Source of the DNA: Paramecium tetraurelia
Lineage: Eukaryota
Direction: 5' to 3'
DNA length: 64,000 bases
Assembly (NCBI GenBank): GCA_000165425.1
Contig: CT868241.1
Span: 248,001-312,000, forward strand
Shown here: piece after piece, positions 55,388-64,000 of the stretch
How the letters are laid out: each line of letters starts with the position of its first letter
How positions within the stretch are numbered: position 1 is the first letter of the stretch
Translations under genes and position numbers: made by a program
The notes under the pieces: generated by a model
What the model saw: only the letters and a program-made list of their open reading frames with translations
What the model was told of the DNA's origin: nothing
Databases searched by the model: none

Positions 55388-57465
55388 TCATTATGTTAAC
55401 ACTATTAGTTAAAAAAGAAGCGGGACAAAATTCTTGCGTTCTTCTAAAGATAAAAAGGGTAGCAATTTCTGGTAGTAGTTTTACCCATGTTTTTCAACAT
55501 CCTCTAATGGTTTTGTATTCAATTCACTCTAATTAAACATAATATTACTTTAATAATATTTTGAAGGCTTATTGTGTTTTATTGGCTCCTAATACCTATT
55601 CTAATAATGTCCTTAATTGAAGTACTCCATTAGATTTTCCAAGGAAGGATAATTGACTTGACTCACTTACAGGTTTTACACTGTCTTATACCTCTTATTC
55701 TTCTTCTTCAACTAGAATATCGGCTTAGCCTTCGCTTTCCATTATTCTTTTCTTAGTTTGTTCAAATTATTCATCAACATCTTCTTTTTCAATTAGCTAA
55801 TAATATAATTAGTATTTTTACAGCTTCTTCCATTTTTGCGAAGATTTTGGCATCTTCACTAGCATTTTTATCATCAGATTAATCAAATTTAATTCCATAG
55901 TCCATTTGTACTTCATCTTATTCTGTGTCATCATATTCATTTATATTTTCAAAACTTTCGATTTTTTACTAAGGTTATTGTTATTTTAACTATTATTGGG
56001 AAGGCTATTGTTATAATAATGGTTTTTAAATTGGTTATTTTTATTACAATGAGGGTGAACTAACATTGTTGGCTAATTTAGACTTTTTGGGATTTTGATC
56101 AAGTTGCGAATCTCTTTTAGTTTATGGAATTTGGTTGGTTGATTGTACTTGATCTACTTTCTTTTTATTGTCAACTTTAGCAAGATTAATAATGGGATTG
56201 TTTTTTGAGACTTAGATATTATTTTTTTTCTATATTTGATTCTTTTATGGAGTAAAAGACCTTTCTCTTTTGGAAGCTAGTGGTTTCTATGGTTATTGCA
56301 CTTATTTAGGTTGGGAGGGTTTCGGAGTATTTTGGATGTTATTTGGAGTAGAGTTATTAGCTTTGACAAGAGGAACTGGGTTTTAGTAGATGGGTCCACT
56401 GGATTGTTGGTTAACTAGACTGGGAGGTTTAGGTAGATCGTCAAGAACTTTAATTTCATCTATTTTGGTAGCTATATCTAATCTCTTGATTTGAAACAAT
56501 AATTTTACTTGATTATGCAATACGGTATGCGAGAATTCATTTTGTTGAATACTTTGACTCAGAAATTCTTTAATTCTTTTGACAATTAGTGGGAGTTCTG
56601 AAATTAAATGAATTGAAATTACTCAATATTTTATTAATAGTTGGTCTTCTGTTTGGGTTTGCTTATAGTAATTACTTGATAATGGCATTTAAGTCCTATG
56701 AGTAGATGGAGGAGATATTGGAGAAACTGCCTTTGCAAATTTTTAGACAAAGGAAGGCCAGACTCTCAGCTTCAAAAGGGGGTTTCAACATGCACATCTC
56801 ATAAAGAACAATACCTATTGACCATATATCACTCTACATTAATTCATTTAAATACTGCGTAAGAATAAGGTTTAGATTCTATTATTTCTGGAGAGAGATA
56901 ATAAGGCGTTCCAATTTAGGTTTTTGCATTCTCCAAGGTGTGTGACAGCACTCGGGCAATTCCAAAATCCCCCAACTTAATGCGATTAGTTTTGGTAATG
57001 AAGATGTTCTAGCATTTTAAATCTCGATGCAGGATTTTGCGATCGTGAACATGCTTAAGAGCCAAACTAATTTGGGTAAACCAATCCAAAATTTAATTCT
57101 CTGAGAGTTGCTTTCCATTTTAGTTCTTAATTATTTAAGCCAAGTCACCTCCTAAATAGGATAGGGAGATAGATTTACTATCAGCATACTCCATGATGAT
57201 GCAGAGTTTCCCCTAGGTCGTAATGTACACATCTCTGAACTTGATGATGTTGGGATGCTGCAGTTATTATAGGACTTTAAATTCTCTGTAAGTCTCGATC
57301 TTCTCTTTTTCTGTCATCGCATTAATGTCGATTTACTTTTAAACCCATAATGAACTTACAATAAATCAAACCTTCATACCCATCCTTTACATCCTTCACC
57401 AAATAAGCTTTGCCATAAGCACCCTCTCCAAGCGGTTTGATTCTGCTGTACTAATTATATTGCAT
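55388..57465 (-). CDS. NIMA-related kinase (NEK1-like) with a long low-complexity tail
   Basis: [80 protein letters not shown]. Confidence 0.95.
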
Positions 57466-57651
57466 GTTAACTGCTTAATAATTATATATATATAATAATA
57501 AAAGTCTTTTTTGATTTTATGAAATTGTACTTGTCAAAGATTTTGGATAAATTCTGTCTTAAATTATTCAATCTTTTAAAAATATCTAATTCACTTTTAA
57601 ACATCTGACTGTTAATATTTTTATTCGATGTAGCAACATTAATCTTAACCA

Positions 57652-58457
57652 ATGATACCACAAGCATATCATTAACCTCAGAGAAATGCCTCCAATTCTC
57701 CTCACTAAAGAGTTGTTCCTCCTCTACCTCTCACACCCACCCACAGTCAACCTAAACAATATTATGACCAAGGTGATAAAGACAACCATTACTCTGCAGA
57801 TATGAGACTTTAAAATAGGCAGTCCAGCGATCTCCCCAATGGATAATCTTACCAAAATATGACAGTAAGACTCCAAGCTTTGGAAAGAGAGAATTAGAGT
57901 CTCAAGAAATAACTAGAGAAAGCAAATAATCAAATTCAAATCTTAAGCCAAAAACTGAATCAGCATCCAACTCAAAGTCTACTTAAAACAACTACCTTCG
58001 AACTTGTTGTTCTTCAAAAAGCAGTAGAATAATTAGAAAGTTTGAAGAGTTTATTAGCGAAAAAAAAGTTGTAAGGAAGCAATAATTAAACAGCACTGCC
58101 TGAGTCTTTCAAAGATGTGGCCAGTGAATTTAAGAGCAAAGTAACATTAGTAGAAGATAGAGCCAATCAATCAGTTTAATAATCTTAGGTATATATATAT
58201 ATATTCATTTATCAAAGGCTAAGCTATTATTCCCAAAGGAACACTTAATCTAAAATTACTAATCCCATCCTCCCTGTATAGAAGAAGCTAAGGAAGAACC
58301 AAGACAGGGAAGAAGAATATTGGCAAACACCTAATCTGATCAAGTGGAGGACAGAATTAAAATCAGTCCAATTAAATATCTAAATGTTAAAGCCTGTGGT
58401 AATTAGATGTCCTTGAGAATATCTCCTAAGGGAAGGTCAGAAATATCATAGCACTGA
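57652..58457 (+). CDS. Hypothetical coiled-coil protein
   Basis: Code-6 ORF with RLQALERENQSLKKQLEKAN heptads; one intron at about 58189-58217. Confidence 0.7.
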
Positions 58458-58565
58458 TTAGACATGTATATAATAGTTATTTGGTCATTAAATATTCAAT
58501 TGTTTAGGTTTAATTCACAAATATTTTTATCACTAAAAAGAAATAAATTAAATTGATATAGTAAC

Positions 58566-60840
58566 TCATTTCTTACTTTTCTTTTTTTTTTTTGACTTTT
58601 TTTTCTTAGCAAATGGATCAACTTTCATTCCAAATCCAGGGGGTGGCAAAGAGTGTCCTTCAGGATCCTTTAGATTTATTGGATCTGGAATCAATAATGC
58701 ATTGACTAATTTTTAAACAGGAATAGCAACCCCCTTCTTAGCCAATCTCAATTTGATCTCTTCTATTTCCTAATGATTCAAAATAATAATTACTTATAAT
58801 TGATCATAACGCACCTAATCCAAGGGTTATGCAGCCAATATTGCAGACAAGGGTCTCTTTTATTGCTGAGTTAATGGTAATTATTTTCCATAGATAGACA
58901 TACTCTATTCAGGTTTGAGACGATTTGCTTCATCTTCTTCCTATAATCCTATGATGTTGCCATGAAGCTTTTTGACTTTGTTTATATTATGTTTTGAGAT
59001 TTGGGATTCAAGTCCTCTAAAATCAGTATTATTCATGAATTTAGGTTCTTTTTAGTAATTAGGTAGTTTTTCATTCAAATTTCTAGGTTGACAAGTTTAA
59101 GGGCGTACTCTTTTAGGTTACCGCTTCTATCCATCATCGTCAATCAATCCTGTTTACCCATCTATTTCAATATTATTTTATATCATTTCTTCTTCTTCTT
59201 CATCTGATAAATCACTTAAATCATCTTCCCATTTTGGTTTATTCTTACTCAAACTTAAATGATGATTCTTTTGGATCTATACATAGATATATATATATGT
59301 TTACTTTATCTAACTCTTTGTAATCCTTCTCCTTATTTTGTCTTTCCTTCATTTCCAACTCTCTGAATCTATTACCGTAAGTGGCACTCTCTATTCTCCT
59401 ATTCATTTCCCTCTCAATCCTAGCCTTATTGGACGACCATTGATGCATCATAGCCACTAGTTCTTCGTCCTCTCTTTTTTGCTGCGCCTCTTTATTTCTA
59501 AGTTTCTAATATTTCTTTTAAACATTCAATTCATCAGGTTGATTAGAATTTTAATACTATTGAAAACCATCTCTTGTTTCGAAATCCAAGTTTCTAGGTT
59601 TCTAATTGTTTTCTACTTATTCATCATTAAGAAACACTTTTATCTGTGGTTCAAGTGTCCTTTCTTTCTTTTTAGCTTCCTCTTCTTAAATGATTAATTT
59701 GGCCTCATTCTCAGCTTATCTAGCAGCCAAATCTTCCTCATTTAATAGCACTTCCTCATTGTTATCTGCAAGATCTCCTTGAAATACTTCATCGTCTTTC
59801 TCTTCAACTATGGCTTTAGGTTTGGCTGATTTTATTGGTTTTGGAAATGTTGATTTCATCTTAATTTTATCAGTATTATCCACTGCACTTAGAGGTCTGG
59901 GCGCTTGAAAATTTTAAATGATCCTTCTTTTGTAATTTGTTAGTCTTTGGTCTGGTGGAGGCATTGAATCATGTTTTGTTCTAAATCCATTTTAATAATC
60001 ATGTAATTAATCTTAAATTATGTCTCCTGGAAGTAAGGTTCCTTTGCTATATTGAGATTCCTTCTTTAATAAATTTTAAATAAATTAAATACCATTTAAT
60101 CAATACGAATAGTACCAGTAACACCAGAATCAGGTCTATCTGGATGAGTTTATTCAATAGTAGTTTCTGCATATCCATCGATCACAGTAGTTGGATATCC
60201 AGATTATGGGCGCATACTTTTGATAGTTAGAGCACTTTGAGGTCTTTTAGCTTAAGTTACACTACTATAGGGTCTTTTAGTTTATCCTGTTGGTGGTCGA
60301 GTGGGTCCTGAATCACTGTCGAGTTTACGACTTTGATAATCAACTTTGGTTATTGTTTCCAAGGCCCAATTATAACATCTTGTTATGAATTTAGCTTGTA
60401 ACTCTCTATTACGAGTGAAAAATGATATCTCTCTGATTATGCTGGCAAGAGAACGAAAAAACTATAGTCTCCACATTCCATTACGTATTCTTGCATTCCT
60501 TTGCTAGGCATTTAAGACCTGATGAACTGAAGACAGTTACTTCTGCATTAAACATCTCAATCATGGTTATCATACCTTGGTACTCCTCATTACTATCCAA
60601 GAATGCTGATTTACACTTATCAACAGTAATTGTTTCATAATAATGACTAGTTTCCCAAGTATTTACTTTGTAATTCTCCATCATCTATTAATGTGAAACT
60701 ATCCGCTCTTAGAGTTACTGAAATTCCTCATAAGTATAGTCTCCTCTTCCTTCAAAAGGCAAGACTTCAAACATCAATGGCACATCATCATCATCATATT
60801 TAATGACCGAGTGATGAATGGGTTATGATTATTGAAGCAT
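58566..60840 (-). CDS. Hypothetical protein with RP(S/T)T repeats and a Lys-rich tail (possibly ciliary/cytoskeletal)
   Basis: Long code-6 frame with short introns; C-terminus ALLIPDP..LPPPGFGMKVDPFAKKKKSKKK. Confidence 0.7.
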
Positions 60841-60868
60841 TATTTATTAATAATAATAATAATTAATA

Positions 60869-62172
60869 TCAGATGAATTTTTTATCTAACTTGTATTTAA
60901 TCTAATCTTTCTCTCTATTGTTGGACGACTGTTGGTATTGTTCCCTCTGATTTGCAACTATAACTCAATACAGAACATTACTCTTATTATAAGGCGTAGA
61001 CTTATTGAGCGATTCAAAAAACAGTTCTCTATTAGATGGCTTGTAAGTGCTATACAACTACTTTCTCAACTCCTCCACTCTATTGGTCTCTGGAGTCTTT
61101 CTACGATCCTATAGGAATCTCTAATTCTCCGACAAAATTCCTTATTGATCATTTTTAGAGTATATTAACTAAAATGGCTGCTTCTTGGGGTTCCCTAATT
61201 CCGACCTTGAAGCTTTTAAACTCTGAACCTGTTTCGGAGGAGAATTCTGTTTCTGTTATCTGTAATTAAATAAAATGTCCTTGTTCTATTCTTCAGCTAT
61301 AAACATTTATATGGATGATTACCTTTGGGTTTTATGTAGTTAAAGTTTAATTTAGGTGAAACATCTCTTCTAATGTATGTACTAGAATGATCCTTATTTT
61401 ATTCTCTATTTTTTAAGATTGATATCCCATCTCCTACTCTGCTTTTATTGTTTCTCTTGTACTACTCCAATTCCATTCTGAGTTTCTCGATATCAAACTT
61501 TGAATTATTATTCAAATAAGGCTACAGTTTTTATGATGGATTTTTCACCATGTTTTTATCATTTTGGACATCTAAAGAAGTGAATGGTCTATAATTTGAA
61601 ATGTAATCGCTAGCATTTTTGGATAATTTTGGCTACTCATTATTTTTAGGACTGAAAAAGGAATGCTATTATTAATTAGCAAACATCCAAGTTCTATCCA
61701 CATCTATAAGACTTTATTTTTTTGAAAAAGCAGTTGGACTTTATTGTCTCTTCTACACTTAGACTATGTCATTCAAATAAAACTTTCGTTTTTAAGATTG
61801 CTCCCTATCATGCATAGACGAGTATTATTATTTAGGCAGATATTAAAATGAGTTCACTTGTTGTTGAATATCATTCGAAGGAAAACGTTTAGGTTTTTCA
61901 CCTTTATCATAATTCAAAAATGAAGGCACCTTACTCAATTAATGATTAGCAAAGGGCTTATATTCATCAGGTGATCTCTAGGGCATTGGTCTTTAGTAAT
62001 ATGAGTTATAATATCGCCCTTATCCACTGTCAGTAGATTTACGCTCTGCAGGCGATTGTCGATCGTAAATATTAAAATTGAATTGCTTTTTCCGATCAAG
62101 ATAATTTGAATCCAACAGGTAATTTGGATTCTAATTCTTCAACATCACACGATCTTCAAGTCTTTTGGACAT
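60869..62172 (-). CDS. Hypothetical low-complexity protein
   Basis: Code-6 frame from ATG 62172, with an intron near 61300-61322; ends DKKFI-TGA. Confidence 0.65.
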
Positions 62173-62304
62173 AATATTTATCTGTTAATTATTAATTAAG
62201 TTTTAGATATAAATAATTATATTCAATTAATTATGCTATTTTAGATATAAATTAGTAGTAGTATATTCAATTCTTATTAAGTTGTTATAATAAATTAAAT
62301 TAAT

Positions 62305-63510
62305 TCAACTACCAGCAAGACTAAACTCATTTAATTTGGGATCTGCATAATCATCCCAACCTTGAGGCTTAATATCTTCGTCCTACTCCAACCACTTGAG
62401 ACGTCTGCCACCTTCCCATAATCCCAATTGACTCTTCCCATTTGACAACACATATCTACCCTTTCCAGCCTACTTCCCATTTACCCAATATCCCTCGTAC
62501 TCTTTAATTTAATTCTTTTATTAATACTTCTTCCATCTGGCCAAATGTAAACTCCGTATCCCTGCTTCTTATCATTTGTGTATTCCCCACTATATTATCT
62601 TCCATCTGGCCAAACATAAGTCCCTCTTCCATTCATTTGACTCTTCCTCCACCAACCCTCATATTTCTTAATTTATTATAAAATTTACTCTACCATCAGC
62701 CCAGTAATGAACTCCAAATCCCTCCATCAAATTGTTTGTCCAATTCCCTATGTAATATGACCCATCATTCCAATAATACTTCCCAAACCCATCCTTCTTC
62801 CCATGACTGTAATTCCCCTCATATCTGGATTTGTCCACCCAAATCTCTATCCCATAACCATGAGGTTGATCATTCAGCCACTCTCCTTCAAACTTAGCCC
62901 CATTAGCATGCAAATATTTCCCCTTACCACAGGCCTTATCCTCCTTCCATTATCCCTCGTATTAATCTCCTCCCAAATGCCAAAACTTGCCCATCCCCTC
63001 CGCCTTATTATTCTTCCAATCTCCCTCATATTTAGCACCATCCACCCAAACCTACACTCCATACCCATCTCTCTATTAGCCTATCCATTCACCCTCATAA
63101 TATGCTCCACTTTTAAATATATGTTTCCTTCTTCGTTCTCTCTAATTGCAATTCGACCTACTTCCCAACGTTTCTAAAAGATCCTCATGATTTCTAAACG
63201 CCATTTCATTTTTCCTCCTCGAACTATCACTATTAGACTCTAACTTTTAATTATGAAGAATACAAGAAGTTAAATTTATCTCCGTTTTCTTAACTGTTTA
63301 TTATTGATTTTGAACCTCGTGATCGACATGATCCTTAAAATCTAGTTTTGATTCTTTCTACTCATCTTTCAATGAATTATCTATATCATCTTCTTCCTCA
63401 TTATCTGGTTGATTGGGCGAATAATGGTTCATCGATTATTGATGAAATTCACTAATCAAAATTTCATCCTTCCTCTAACAACTCTAGCAATTCGAACATT
63501 GACTCCCCAT
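62305..63510 (-). CDS. MORN-repeat protein with an N-terminal MGSQCSNC acylation motif
   Basis: About ten YEG.W......G.G...W.DG repeats (e.g. FEGEWLNDQPHGYGIEIWVDKSRYEG); Gly2 plus Cys cluster. Confidence 0.93.
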
Positions 63511-64000
63511 CTCAAACTACTTAGTATTAATTTAAAATAAATAATATGAAATTTCAGAGTATTAAAATTATAATATTACTTTTATTCCCATTTAACACAA
63601 AGCTTAAAATATTACTAATCTATAATCGAATTAAAATTTTATCATGGCAAATTTCCTTTGATAATCATTACCAAAAACAAAAACAAAAACAAAAATAATG
63701 ACAAAATAGAAAGTATCAAACTACTTAAATTTTAACAATTCAGTGAATCCTTCCAGAATATCAGTTTCTATTGAAGATGATGAAAAGCAGTTAAGCAGTT
63801 ACCTAATATTGAGTCTCTCTTAATAATTATTTTGCTTTGTCTAAATATACTAATTCAAAATCTTATGTATTTCAATTATATCTTTGCTTAACAGATTTAT
63901 AGATGAATTCGAATTCTTAAATTCCATTCTAATCTAAACCTCATGATTATAACTACTTAAATTAATTACACCTCCCCCCTTCAATTGAATCATCTATTTA

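Noticed and set aside
62400..63120. Periodic ccatc/ccctc motif every 69 nt or so
   Set aside because: Explained by 23-aa MORN repeats.
63672..63696. (CAAAAA)n run as a possible telomere-like repeat
   Set aside because: Only about 4 units, and not the C4A2/C3A3 Paramecium telomere repeat; it is a simple microsatellite.

Overview
This AT-rich, gene-dense eukaryotic window has the hallmarks of a ciliate macronuclear chromosome, most likely Paramecium (aurelia-type). TAA and TAG read as Gln inside conserved motifs, every complete gene model ends in TGA, introns are tiny (about 20-31 nt, GT..AG), and many intergenic gaps are only 16-80 bp. The supplied standard-code ORF track is therefore mostly fragments or antisense noise. 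Re-translating by hand with code 6 gives about 35 protein-coding genes and at least 3 pseudogenes. The recognisable products are: a DUSP-domain USP, a p25-alpha-like repeat protein, an acylated degenerate macrodomain protein, eL34, PARG, a large Cys-rich multi-TM surface protein, PP6, SelO (Cys form), a KIF21-like kinesin-WD40, an Air/ZCCHC7-like protein, FAM135, ARL3, a probable ciliate ATP synthase subunit, a CHY zinc finger, calcineurin A, an RNPS1-like RRM protein, a Zn alcohol dehydrogenase, a tandem RBR E3 ligase array, a cNMP-binding protein, CDC50, a RanBP2 zinc finger protein, an UNC-93-like MFS protein, a NEK kinase and a MORN protein. I found no rRNA, tRNA, CRISPR, transposon or telomere array, and I cannot support a wholly new multi-gene system. 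The best leads are an RBR triplication with a homogenised catalytic core, an internally deleted EF-hand gene, a broken gene with a 28-bp TA-bounded IES-like segment, and a membrane-anchored pseudo-macrodomain next to PARG. All gene models and family calls are manual, from motifs and memory; no database search was run.
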